A stretch of DNA of 64,000 nucleotides from the human T2T-CHM13v2.0 reference genome, Homo sapiens. This document shows, piece by piece, positions 32,571-46,432 of this stretch (its first letter is position 1; every line of letters starts with the position of its first letter). Both the position numbers and the translations under genes were made by a program. A model generated the notes under the pieces. It was given only the letters and a program-made list of their open reading frames with translations. It had not been told where the DNA came from and searched no databases. The DNA lies in assembly GCF_009914755.1 (NCBI RefSeq), contig NC_060928.1; one strand, written 5' to 3'.

Positions 32571-33659
32571 AACTTATGAAAATGGTCATCTACTGTACAT
32601 GTACTAGTAGAGAAAGAGAATTTTACTCTTCTGCCTTCTGATATTATTGGACACTGTAATAAATTAAGCACAGATTTTAGTCTTTATCATCTACAGATAA
32701 TTTCCATTTTATTCTGATGTTTGCCTAAACACTCTACTGTAAGCAACAGGCCAGCATGTGTGTCTTCAAAAAGCACAATCTCAGAGCTTCATGGAAAGTA
32801 TTATACTGGGTACTTTTATCCATTATCTCAATTGTGTTCCAAGCTGACATTGCTTAAACAAGCTTCATATTTACCAGTGAACTAAGTCATGTTTCCCAGA
32901 AATTAACTCATGTTCTGAAGCAGACAGCCTGTGTTAAAGCAGGATGTTGAACTATTACACTTTCTGTTAAACAAAAATTGAGAAGAATAAGTATTAATTA
33001 CACATGACAGAAAAAAATTAGGAGCTACAACTTTTGCCATAGATATCATTTGAAGTATCATTCTTGTTATTTAACATTCTATCTTTATGGATATATGAGA
33101 AATCCCTTTCATTTTCTTCTTAAGCAATCCCTAACCCTCAATTTGGTAATCTTTAGTTCTGTAAACTAAATAAAAATATTTTAAGTGGTATCTGATTCTC
33201 GCTTACCAAGTAGATTTTAGAAACAAATACTATCATTGAGTCTCCTTATGTTTCAGGTTCAATAAGAAAATGGTCTCCTTTTTTATCAGGATGATAGAAC
33301 AAATCATTTGTGTAGTCAGTCATTTTTTTTAGAATGATTGACATGTGCTCAGTTCTGATGATCCACTTTTAAGAATAGTTTATTTCATATGAGGACCCAA
33401 TGCTCACAATATCTTCCCAGAGAGACTGCCCTGATATCTAACTTATAGAATCCCAGCTTCATGAACCTTAAGGGAAGTTATATTTTAGCAGGCTATAGAT
33501 CCTTAAAAATCTGGGAGACCTCAAGAATAAACTCACTGAAATGTACAAGCCTTTCAGGTAAAATATGGTGAAGAAAGCTTCTTGGGCTTGTTTTACTAGC
33601 CAAGGGATAGAAGAGCAAATAGTGGAGACAATCAAAAGTACATTCTCATTCTCCTTTTG

Positions 33660-34790
33660 TTTTAATATCTTTATTAATATAATTACTATAGCACAAATTC
33701 AGTTTTTTAAAGTGCACAATTTCATGGTTTTAGAATATTCACATAATTTTGTAACCATGGACACAGTCTAAATTTACAGCATTTCATCACCTGAAAAAGA
33801 GGCCCCATAACCCAATAACATCGCTTTCTATCTCTTCTTCACTCCCAGCTCTAGGCAACTATTAATCTGCTTTCTGTCTTTATAAACTTGTTAATTCTGG
33901 AAATTTCACATAAATTATATTATAAAGAATGTAGCCTTTTCTGACTGAATTCTTTCCCTTAGCATAATGTTTTCAAGATTCATCTATGATGTAGTACATA
34001 TCAGTATTTCATCCTTTTTAACTGTGGAATAATATTCCATTGTGTGTATATGATATATTGTGTTTATACAATCATCAGCTTAAGGACAATTGGGTTGTCT
34101 GGTACCATTTATAGTAAAACATTGTTGATTTTGATGAAGTCCTTTTTAAAAAGGAATTTGTTACCTGTTCTTTAGGTGTCATATCTGAGAAAACATTACT
34201 TAACTCAAGGTCACAAAAGTTTATTCCCGTGTTATCTTCCAATAGTTGTATAGTTTCTTAGATATTACATCTAGTTTTGTGATAGATTTTGAATTAAATT
34301 GTTTTTTTAAAAAATTAAATTTTGTGACTTTGGTGAGATAGTTTAAACCTTATTCTTTAGCATTTGGTTTTTCAGTTGTGCCACCATCATTTGTTGAAAA
34401 TTCAATTTTTCCCCATTGAGTTTTATTGGCATCTTTGTCAAAAATAAATTGATCATAAATGTAAGGGTTTATTTCTGACCTCTTGATTCTGTTCCATTGG
34501 TCTATATGCCTCTACTTGTAACAGTACCACACTGACAGAATAAGGTAGCTTTGTATTAAGGTATGAAATTAGAAAGATTGCCCTGACTATTCTGGACAAC
34601 TGTATTTCTGTGAGAGTTTTAGAATCAATTTGTCCATTTCTGTAAAAAAAAAAAAATACAAGTCATCCAGGATTTTGATGGTGATTTTATTAAATGCATA
34701 GGTTAATTTGAGGATTATTACTATCTTAAAAATATTAACTATTCTGATCCCTGAACATGGGGCAACTTTCTATTTCTTTAAGCCTTTGGA
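33660..34790 (-). mobile_element. L1MB-like 3' end and ORF2 fragments
   Basis: Antisense L1 3'UTR (TTAGCATAATGTTTTCAAGATTCATC, AATATTCCATTGTGTG) and ORF2 remnants. Confidence 0.75.
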
Positions 34791-35284
34791 GTTTTTATCT
34801 GCTAAATTCAATATCTGCCCCACTTAATAAGCAGTGTCTATGGCCTTCATCTTTCCCATGTGTAGGTCCTACTTTACTTTTTTTTGTTAACATGTCTGAT
34901 ATTTTCTTCTTGAAAATTGAATGTTTTACATATTTCACAACTCTGAATGATTCCCTTTATCCCCTTTTCTGCAGGGTTGATATTGCTGGCTTTACTGCCT
35001 GGTCATTTTTATTTGTTCAGTGACTTGGTGGAAGAAACCCTCTAAAATCAAGTTCTTCCACAGTATAAACCCTCCATTGCTCTTTCTTAGATTTCTTTTC
35101 TATATTTTGGGGTTTTAGCCCTGGAACAGCATAAACCACCTACTAGTCAATGATTGTCATGCTTTAGCTCCCTTAAAAAGTTAGATTTTGACACTTTTCC
35201 ATTGGATGTGTGATAGTTTGGAGGCTGCCAATGCAGTTCAGGAAGTATTTTATTTTCTCTCTATTTTTAGCAAGCGAATTTTGT

Positions 35285-35852
35285 TTTTCTAGGCTCTTCA
35301 GAGACACAAAACCTACAGGATAGATACGTGGATGCATCGATAGATACATAGATTAGAAGAGATTTATTAAGAGAATTGGCTCATAAAATTATGTAGATTG
35401 TGAAATCCCAAGATAGGCTGTTGGCAAGATGGAAGCCCAGGGAAGCCTGTAGCATGGTTCAGTACAAGCCCGAAAGCCTGAGAACCAGGAAAGCTGATGC
35501 TGTAATTATCAGTATGGGGCCAAACACCTGAGAACCATGGCAATCTGTTAGTACAAGTTTCAGAATCCAAGGCCAGAGACCTCAGAGTTCTAATAGCCAA
35601 AGGCAGAAGAAGGATGTCCCCGTTCCAAGAGAGAGTGCAAATTCACCTTTTCTCTGCCTTTATTTTTTATTCCCACCAATTAAATAGTTCTCCCCTAACC
35701 CCATTGATGGTGGGTCTTCCCCACTCAGTCCACTGACTCAGATTCTCATATGCCAATCTCCTCTGAAAACACCCTGACAGACAAACCTAGAAATAATGTT
35801 ATTTAGATATCCCTTAATCCAGACAAATTGACACCTAAAATTAATAATCACA
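35285..35852 (-). mobile_element. HERV-L LTR, MLT2 (B/C-like)
   Basis: GAGAATTGGCTCA, CTCAGTCCACTGACTCA, TTGACACCTAAAATTAATAATCACA end. Confidence 0.8.
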
Positions 35853-38800
35853 AGACCCGTAGAGTGAATTTGTCTTCTCTGATTTCCTCTCTGATACTCC
35901 CCAGGGGAGGATTCAGCCTTCGTCATTTACACAGGCTTCCAGGCTTCAGGGATGTGTGCAATTTTTAAGTCAGGCTTCCTAGGAGTTGCCCCTGGGTCAG
36001 AGTATCTTACTGTTCACCATTTGGTCATGTTGTGCTTAAACCCCTAGTGCTAGTGGGTCTTCTACCCTTTGTTGATGGATCTGTGGGCAGCTAAGGGACT
36101 GTTTTTAAGTATATCCATATCCTGCTCAGATTGCTCTTGAGTAAGTACATAGGTAGATAGTCTTTTCAAACCCCAGTGTTGTTTCTGATTATGAAAGGGC
36201 TCTTCTTGGCTATCTCTCTTCTTAATAATCTCAAAGTAAACCTATGTCTTCTTTTCAAACCTGTTTCTATTTCTGCTGCTTCTACTGCCCAATCCTGCTT
36301 ACTTCCCTTTTTTCAACAGGTTAATAGAAAATCCAATATAATATCGGTTTCTGAGAGTTTCACCAGCAACACACTTATTGTTCATCTCTATTTATGCACA
36401 TTTCCTTTTTTGTTGTTGTAGTTGCAAGTCTGTTAGCGCAACAAAAGAATAAAATAAGTCTATTTCAATTTACATAAGTGAGAGCTAACTAGATAAAGAA
36501 TGTGGACATCATCAAATTAGGAAAACATGAAAAAATGTTAAAGAACATAATATCTTTAAACTGTCATATTTTATATAATCTATCACTCAATACCTAATAT
36601 ATCTGTGCCTACATCTAGAGTTAGAGAAGCAGACAGGGAGATATTTAATAAATTAATAAACATCCATTTATATATCATGGCATTCAGTTGGCGCTCATAT
36701 TTGTTAAACAGAGCTTCCAGGACACTTACAATATACAAGTTCTAGCTTTTACTATTTTGTTGTAATTATTTGTAGAACTCTGACTTATTTGATCATAATA
36801 TAGATACGAGGATATGTTTGGTTTATTTTTATATTTTCAAGCACTGACCAAATTAGTAAAGTTCATGGTGATAGTATAATGCATTTTGTTAAATAAATGA
36901 TACATGAATAATGAATTTATTATCTGTGATTGCTAGTCAATGTTTTTATTTTTCATAACATATTTGGTATTTTCATTAAAAATACTTCAGCTATGATGAA
37001 ATTACAGAAACTATCAATATTTTATTGAGACAAACAGTATTAGCTGGACTATAGGGTATGTGAGGCTTTTCTTTGTTTTGTTTTTTGTTTTTTTTAATGG
37101 TGAAATACTAGTAAATTACATGCCTACTGGCAGGTTAAGAATCCCAGAGTATTTCTGTCAATGACAGTCAATATATTTAATTAGATAGCTAATAAACTAC
37201 CTTGAGTATATTTATTTTTAAAGAACTACTTCCACCACACAATAAAAGTAAAATCCTGAGGACTTAATTATAAAATAGCATCATGTATTTCAGAAAAATA
37301 ATATTTTCCAACTCATATACAACCTGATTTATTCTTAATCCTTTTATCCAGTTTCTGATATTTGCTTTTTTCAAATGTTATTTTTTCTATTCACTCTCTA
37401 TAGAGAATTAACTTGTCTTAAAACCTGACTTTAAACTTGAAAATGGTAACTGTTTAGTACAATTCCATATTTTCAAGTGTGTAAGAAATAAAAAAATATT
37501 TTACAGAAGATGTATTTGCCTATCACTTGCTTGTTAAAATTTCTTGACAAAAACTTTTACTCATAAGTGTATATAATAAATTAACCTAAATAATGAATAA
37601 TGAGTTTTTCTTAATTTTTAAAAAAATTCCAGAATATAAAAATTAAAACATGAAAACACAAAGTTTCACCATATTAACAATTATGACTACATAAACTAAA
37701 ACAATGTCAATAATTTTAAACAGGATGTAATCACTGTACATTCTTGCTATGAATTCAATATCAATAAATATTACTTTGATATGTCAAAATTTTACCATTT
37801 TAGCCAACTTTAAGGCATTCTAATGCCCGTTTTATTTGAGGGCTAAAAAATTAATTTTCAGAATTTGCATCATTTTTTTCTATCATTGATGTATTACACT
37901 AAAGGATGCATATGAGAGACCTAAGTCGAACTGGCATGAGGATCACCACAGTCATCTCAAAAGTGACAGAGTCGATGTACTTGGTGAAATATGGTAAGAG
38001 GATCCCAGAGTTCCTGTCTACAAAATTAATGAAGGGAAATCACAGGCACATTATGAAAATATAGGCAATTGATTCTGCAATTTCTAGAAATATCCATGTA
38101 ATATTTTTCAGTAATTAGAAATTACAAATACCACAAAAAGAAATTAAAATGTGACTTCCACAATACTTTTATGTAATAAGATACATTTTTAATTTTAATA
38201 AATGTCTGTTCTTTCTCATAAAATGAAGATTTAGACTTCAAAATTATTGCCCTATGTATTGTATTATTCAGTTTGATTCTCTCCAGGCCTAGAGATGAAA
38301 AATTGTAGATAATATGCACAAATTTTCATGCGTCAACTCATTTGGTGAAAGTATAATCCTAATGAGGCCACAATAGTACAAAGAATCTAAAAGCTCAGGC
38401 AGAATCTTAATAGCTAAAGTTTTGTACGCTAGATTCTGCCTTAAGTGCTTTGCATAAATAATTTATGTATAGTTACAACAAACATATTAGGTAGGTATTA
38501 TTATCAACATTTTAGACATGAAGAAACTGAGGCATAACTTTACATAAATTACCATTATTGTCGTTCACATAGTTTGTAGTAATATCCTGTGTTCTTAATC
38601 ACAACATTATAATCATGCTTAATTTATGTGAAGCTCTGCTGCCATTAGACGATGAAACAAGTGACATCCCTTGAAACGTTTAAAACAAAGTCTAAGTTGC
38701 TTAGCATTGTATCTTTCCAATTAGAAGCAAAAATAATTTAAAGGAGATATATTTACACCTTAATCAAAGTTTGATTTAAATACACATTCTGACTTTAATC

Positions 38801-39524
38801 ATATAAAATCCAAATCTATAACCTTAGGATCTGGTAGAAAACATTTGTGTATATACATTAGATAAAATATATGTAGTTCTAAAAATATTTATTAAATAAT
38901 ATTATTAAATATATGCACACACATCTAATTGGAAAGACAATACAGCTCATAAATTTATAAAAAATATATGGAAAGAATCTATCTTTACAAAAACACAGTG
39001 ACATCATCTGTGTGGTTAGAGAATACTTTTAGCATTCTATTCCAAAAAATTTCAGATGAGTTAGTGCATTGCTTTTAAAATAAACTTTTATAACTCAACC
39101 TTGTAATTTTTGTTTCCAACTACACCTTGCTCAAATATTAGCAGTGACAACTGCTATGAGTCATTATATAAAAAATAAACTCATGCTGGTGGAATAAATA
39201 AATTATTAGCAATATGTTACAGAATCTATAATGGCTTAGAATTGCATTTTGTCAATTAGGCTTGAAAGGTAGAGAAATATTCATTAATTCTTGTGAATAT
39301 TTCTAAGGCAAATGGAAGGAATTAGAGGAAAATCTAAATATTTGTGACATCCGTTCTTTTATGAAAATGTAGTAACAGATATTTCACTCTATGGTCATCA
39401 TAGTTTACCTTAATACTATAAATAAAATAGCAGTAGATAATTTAGAAACCTACTACTGTGGTCATTATAGATCTCAACAGATAATAAAGTCCATGATAAA
39501 AGACCATGAAGATGAGAACATGTT

Positions 39525-39735
39525 GCCTAGCAGTGTAGATTGATTGAGCAAATGGGCTCTGGGACCCTAAATTCTAGTTATGAATCCTGACTCTGTCACA
39601 TGATAGCTGTGGGGCCTGGTTCAGTACCTTTTTGTAACTAAGCAAAGAAAAATAACTCATCACATAGATTGGCTTTCAGAATTAAATGAGCATTTAGAAC
39701 AATGTTTAATGCCTTAAAATTGTTATCTATTAATA
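39525..39735 (+). mobile_element. MIR fragment
   Basis: TGAATCCTGACTCTGTCAC, AATTAAATGAG...TTAGAACAATG. Confidence 0.55.
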
Positions 39736-40484
39736 TTCTTAGTTATTTACATATATATTTTAAGATAATTTTGGTTTTATGTAAATAGAAAGGTCTAAAA
39801 ATATCTTTCCTCATTGAACTAAACATTTTGAAGTATATAAACATTTTTTGAGTTCAGATATATTCAACAGCCCATATTGAAGTTAAAATTTATATCTTGG
39901 ATATGATACATATGTAAATATCTTATTGCATTGCAAAGAGAGTGTCTTAATTCTGTGGAACAAAGTAAGAATTGTACCTGAAATATACAACACCAGAGAC
40001 ACCAATTCTTTATCTCATCTAAGTCCTCTGTTGTTGAATTACATCACAATAAAAATACTGTTAAAATATCTTATTTTATAAAGTCATCAATTATAGAAAC
40101 TGCATAACCTACACAATGACAAAGTTAGAAATGTTAATTGTATGCTCTCATCTAGCCTCATTATTATCTTTGTCTTCAGAATAAGTTAATTTTGTGCATT
40201 TTTTTCTTCTCATTATAATGCTTGTCATAGGAGAGAAGAATTAGAATCACAATAATGAACAACAGAGTTTAGCATTATGGTACTGTTATTGGTAACTTTG
40301 ATAATACTTCATGTTTGTACTTGATTTTCTTGCAATGTTATTGTGCCTATCAAATTAACAAAGCTGTGAATATGAACTCAAACATGATACCATTGCAAAG
40401 AAATATCTTTCTATTCTCTTGCTTTTTTTAGCTTACATTAAAGAGCTCAAAGTATCATTAATGAAAAGCTTCCACAAGAATCAC

Positions 40485-42325
40485 ATAAGCAAGATGGTAG
40501 AATAGAAGGTCTCTGGCATTAGTAACCCTCACAGAAAAAATCAACTAGCAATTTTCCACAGACAAGAATGTCTAGGTGAAAATCCCAGAATTCAGGGGTG
40601 AGGTTTATTCATACCCTGGGACCAAAAACCCATGAAAATCCCATTAGAAGGGTAGCATGAATGGTTTTACAAAAGTATAACAATGGAAATACTATGGCAA
40701 TGGCAAAAAGTCATACACATAGACCAGTGGAGCTGAATCAAGAGCCCATAAACATGAACATATGTGATCAAATGGTGTATAACAAGAGTAATAAAAATAA
40801 ATAATAAATAATGCTGAGAAAAACTGTATGTTCACATGCAAAAGAATGAAATGTTAACCCCATCTGAAACCACTCAAAAAAATTAACCTGAAATGAATTA
40901 AAGACCTAAAGTAAGTCCTGAAACTATAACTACGAGAAAAAAATGTAGGGAAAATACTCCTGAACGTTGGTCTTAACAATATTTTTTTTCACTGAGACCA
41001 AAAGCATAGACAACAAAAGCAAAAATAAATGAGAGACTACAACAAACTAAGAAGTAAAACATTACATTATATCCAATAAATATGTACATTTACTGTGTGT
41101 CAATTCAAAAAAGAGACAGAGGAAAAAAAGCTGTATAGCAAAGGAAACAATCAACCAAATGAAAAGACATCCTATGGGCTGGGAGACAATATTTGCAAAC
41201 CATATATCTGATAAGTGGTAAATATCCAAAATACATCAGGAACACATACAACTCAATAGCAAAAAATAATAATCATATTTTTTAAAGGCAAAGAATCTGA
41301 ATAGACATTTTTTCTTAAAAAAAATCATTAAAATTGCCAACAGGTACATGGAAAGTTGCTGAACTAATCATCAGGGAAGAGCAAATCAAAACCATAATGA
41401 GATATAATCTCACACCTACTAGGTTGGGTATTATCCAAAAAGATAAGAGATAAAAACTTCCGGCAAGAATGTGAAATAAAGGGAACATTTATGCACTGTT
41501 GGTGGGAATGTAAACTGGTACAGTTATGATGGAAAACAGCATGAAAGTTCCTCAAAAAAAAAAAAAACAATGGAACTACCACATGATCCAACAATCCTAC
41601 TTCTAGATATATATCCAAAGAAAATGATATGAGTATGTCAAGACATAGCTGCATTCCCATTGCAGCTCTATTCAAAACAGCCAAGACATGGAAACAATGT
41701 AGGTACCCAATGAGGGATGAATGGATAAAGAAAATGTGGCATGTACATTCAATAAAATATTATTCAGACTTAAGGAAGGAGGAGATCCTGCCATTTTAAA
41801 AAACATGAATGAAACTTCAGAGTATTATGGTAAGAGAAGTGAGAGAGGATGACAAATGCTACACGATAATACGTGTGGAAGCTAAAAAAAGTCAAACTCA
41901 TAAAAACAGAGTAGAACAGTGTTTGCCAGTTGTCAGAGATGTAAGAAATGAGGAAATGTTAGTCAAAGGGTACAAACTTTCAGTTATAATATGGATAAGT
42001 TCTGAGGATCTAATGTACAGCATGAAGACTAAAGTTAATACCATATTGTACACTTGAAATTTGCTAATAAAGTGGATCTTAAATGTTCTTGCCACACAAA
42101 ATAAAAAATATGGCAACTATGTGAGGTGATGGATGTGCTAAATTGCTTGGTTGTGGTATTAATTTCACAATGTCTATGTATATCAAACCATCACTTTTGC
42201 ATATTTTATTTTTTATTGAGACCAAAAGCATAGACAACAGAAGCAAAAATAAACAAGACAGACTACATCAAACTAAGAAATCAATTTATTTGTCAATTAT
42301 ACCTCAAGAAAGAGTGAAGAAATAA
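40485..42325 (+). mobile_element. L1MA-like element: short 5'UTR joined to ORF2 3' part and 3'UTR
   Basis: CAAGATGGTAGAATAGAAGG 5' end; ORF2 C-terminal motifs; 3'UTR GGTACAAACTTTCAGTTATA...TTCTGAGGATCTAATGTACAGCATG. Confidence 0.82.
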
Positions 42326-42426
42326 AACATACATAATTTTAAAAAAACAATATTTTTAAAATTTTTGTGAAATGCTAAAATTAAAAAAAACGCATATATT
42401 TATTTTAACTACTATAAAGAACATTT

Positions 42427-43199
42427 TGATATGGGAGCAGGGTAGGGATGTGCTGGGTAGAGAAGGGCGGGGTCCCTGAAGGGGACTCCACCCTCGGGCC
42501 TGTGCCCACAGACCTAAGTGAATTAAACCATTTCTGTTTTCACACCCAAAAAGTTGCCTTCTGGCCCACCACACCCACCATCTCGTGCCCATCTAAACCC
42601 GAGACCTTAAGCAGACACACACACAAGCGTCTGGACGTCTAGAGGAACACACCAGCAGAAGAGCACACCGACAGACACAGGCAGGCCATCCACAGCGGAA
42701 TGTCACGGATGCCAAGGGGAATTCAGTTGGAGGAGAGTCCGGATGCTGGGGGGCCCGACTCCAGGGGAAGATCACCTCCTCACTCCATCCCCCTTCTGGC
42801 CTCCCCATCCACCTCACTGAAAGCTACCTCCGCTCAATAAAACCTTGCACCCATCCTCCAAGCCCACGTGTGATCTGATTTTTCTGGTACACCACAGCAA
42901 GAACCCGGGATACAGAAAGCCCTCTGTCCTTGGGATAAGGCAGAGGGTCTAATTGAGCTGATTAACACAAGCTGCCTGCAGACAGCAAAACAGAAAGAGC
43001 ACACTGTAACACATGCCCACTGGGGCTTCTGAAGCTGCAAACACTCAACCCTAGAGGCTGACACGGGGTCGGAGCCCCATGACCTGCTCCTCTGCATGCT
43101 CCCCCTAGGGGTTTGAGTAGCAGGGCACCAAATAAGCCAGTCATTTCACGTCCCTGTCACAAGCCCTGTGAGGGGGATAAGGGAACTTTTCCCACTTCA
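42427..43199 (+). mobile_element. ERV1 solo LTR, LTR1 family
   Basis: 773-bp GC-rich block with TG...CA termini, 4-bp TSD ATTT/GTTT (1 mismatch), AATAAA at 42836-42841. Confidence 0.8.
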
Positions 43200-45301
43200 G
43201 TTTGGCTTAAAATGTATTGCAAAAAGATAAGGATTGACTCCCATATTTGGAAACGCATCCAAGTATCTCTATCTAATATTACTGTTTCCAAAGCAAAATA
43301 ATAATAACATCACCATTATTTTATGTTTCTTAATAAAAACATAATAAAAGATAATTGAATAATACTATCCAAATTATGGTGTAAGGGCACATACCATACT
43401 GAAATGTAACAGCTTCACCGCGTGTACTTTTTCTAAATTTCTTATCCTTATACCCCTCAATAAACCTCAGGTAAAACAACACAAAAAATATTAACAATGG
43501 AATGATCAAAGAATAATACATGCCACAATTCCAGTTAAAAATATTATAGAGAAAAATGCTAATTTTACATGCGACAGAAGCAAAATGCAGCAGCAGTCCT
43601 CTGATTTTATAACATTAGTTATTGTTTTCAACTAAAACCTACTCAATCTTTAATTATCAGTTAGGTCAGTTAAGTGCCCCAGGGATCTGAACAAGTTGAT
43701 TTCAATCCCTTATGTGGCTTAACGCTTTATATAGAAAGGTACTTGTCATATCCTGAATCGGAGTCAATGTGTGTGAAATTGCTTTCAGTGTATCACAAGA
43801 AAGACTTTATTACTACAATTTTGAAACCATTAAGTACATTTAACATCTTCTTTTTCACTCTTCAATTCACTTTAGGTAAAGTTTATTTCTAAACATATGA
43901 GAATAATCCAAAAACAAAAATGTAAGATTATTTATCTTTTGTAATAATCAATTAACATTTTGGAAAACATGTTGTAAGTAGATACTGTTAAATTAATTAC
44001 AAAAGTAATGAATTAGAAAAATAAAACATTTACTGACTTTTCCCAGATCTTGTTTTCTAGATCTAAATTCTACCCCAGGCTATTTATGTAGAAACTTCAA
44101 TTCAAATTAGTGATGGTTACAGATGGATATCTAATGGGAGAATTTTGCCTCCGGTCTCTTCAAGCATGGTACTTTTAAAGAAAGCTTCTAACAATGCAAG
44201 TGATGCTCATTAACTAATTAGTGTACAGAAATTGAACAGAGACCCTGACCTTATTTGGTTGAATTGAGTTATAACCTCAAACAGAACATCAATAAACCCT
44301 TCATGGTAGACAAAAATATAGAAGTAGAAAAAAATTCCACTAAAACATGTCATTAAAAAGCTGTGGTTTTATTATGCCTTATTTTTTACAAACATGACTT
44401 TAAGACATTTATTCTAGGTCTCATTTTTACTTTGTACATGTAAAAACAATAATGGATTTTTTCCAGTTCAGCATACCTGTTAATGATTTTACAAACAATC
44501 ATTAATCAACAGCATTGCCAGAGGGGACAGAAGTTATATTAACACTGTTATATCATTATCTTTATGTTCATAACTTCACTGGCTTAAACAGAGTATTTCT
44601 GTTTTATTACACGCCTAAAGAATCATATTCTCAGCAATTGCACATAAGTCCCCAAATCCCTGCTTTCTCTCCTTTTAGTTAGGAAAGGAGGGACTCACAT
44701 GTCCTCATCTCTAAAAAGTGTATATTTTAAATTCTTTTGTGACTCAATAAGACTAGCTTCTAGTACATATCAAATATCTTATGAGAATGTCTGATGACTA
44801 TCAATAGTACCCCAGAGTGTATGATTAAAACAAATAAATTATATTTCATCATCATGTCTCTGACCCAAAGTGATGTTGAAATAAAAATATTTCTTTTGTT
44901 TTAATCATAAGTATAATTACTATTCTTTAACCTCTGATATATATACACATATATGTGTATATATATTATCTCTTCAACTACAACTCCTGTATATATATGA
45001 ATATAACTATTATTTAACATCTGATATATATATGTATGTATATATATATCAGTAGATACAGAAAATTCTATAGAAAGAGACAAATCCATAGAAAGAAAAA
45101 ATTTTCTTTTAAACACGTTAATGGTAAATTTTGTGAGGGTATAGGACTTTTGTCTCAAATGTCAATTTATTTCAACTGTCATGTAACTCCCATTAAAGTA
45201 CTTAAGAAAGTTATGAGATCTTCTTTCATTTTTATATAATCATTTTCCTGTGTAAATACATATGACTATTTTTATTTATTCTTGAAATTCAGGAATTTTA
45301 G

Positions 45302-45700
<399 letters not shown>

Positions 45701-45855
45701 ATTATTTTTTTTTAATTACAAACATATCATCTTTGTAAAATAATTATCTTCAAAATCAGTAACACTTTGCATTTTAGGTCTCATCATTTATGTCATAATT
45801 TCTCCAACATTTATTATTTGTCATGTGCTACAATCTTCCATATCTCTTATATATT

Positions 45856-46329
45856 TGTTATAAACAAAGTTTCAGTGCCTCAAAAGAAATAGCACTCGAA
45901 CATAAAATTTTCTTTTTAATTCTCAGCAAGGCAAGTTACTTCTATAGAAGGGTGCACCCTTACAGAAGGAGCAATGGTGAGTGCACACTTGGATAAGGGA
46001 GGGGAAGGAGTTCGTACCCCTGACACAAGTGGCCCCTGCTGCTGTCTCATTCCCCTATTGGCTAGGGTTAGACTGCACAGGCTAAACTAATTCTGATTGG
46101 CTAATTTAAAGAGAGTGATGGGGTGAGTGGTTTGGTGGGAAAAATGGTTTTGACAGAGCAGGTAATCAGAATGAGTCAGGTGGAGTAGGTAATCGGAATG
46201 AGTCAGGGTGGAGCAGGCAGTAGAAAAAGGTTGCTTTATGAGGAAGTTAAGTTTAAAAGTAGTAGGCAAAGAATTGGACATACTGACATATTGATTATTT
46301 GAAAAGAAATTTAGAACTCATATCTAACA
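45856..46329 (-). promoter_or_regulatory. 3' LTR (LTR10), 474 bp, two AP-1 sites
   Basis: Minus strand begins TGTTAGATATGAGTTCTAAATTTC; TGAGTCA at 46172-46178 and 46199-46205; two CCAAT boxes. Confidence 0.9.
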
Positions 46330-46340
46330 ACCCCTCTTCT
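46330..46340 (-). other. Polypurine tract
   Basis: AGAAGAGGGGT immediately precedes the TG of the 3' LTR on the minus strand. Confidence 0.8.
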
Positions 46341-46432
46341 TGCACTGCCTTACAGCTCTTTCTTTTCAAACTTTTTAACATGTCTTGGCTTAGTTGTTCT
46401 GCTTGATTTTCCAAAAGAAGCAGCTTCTCTGG

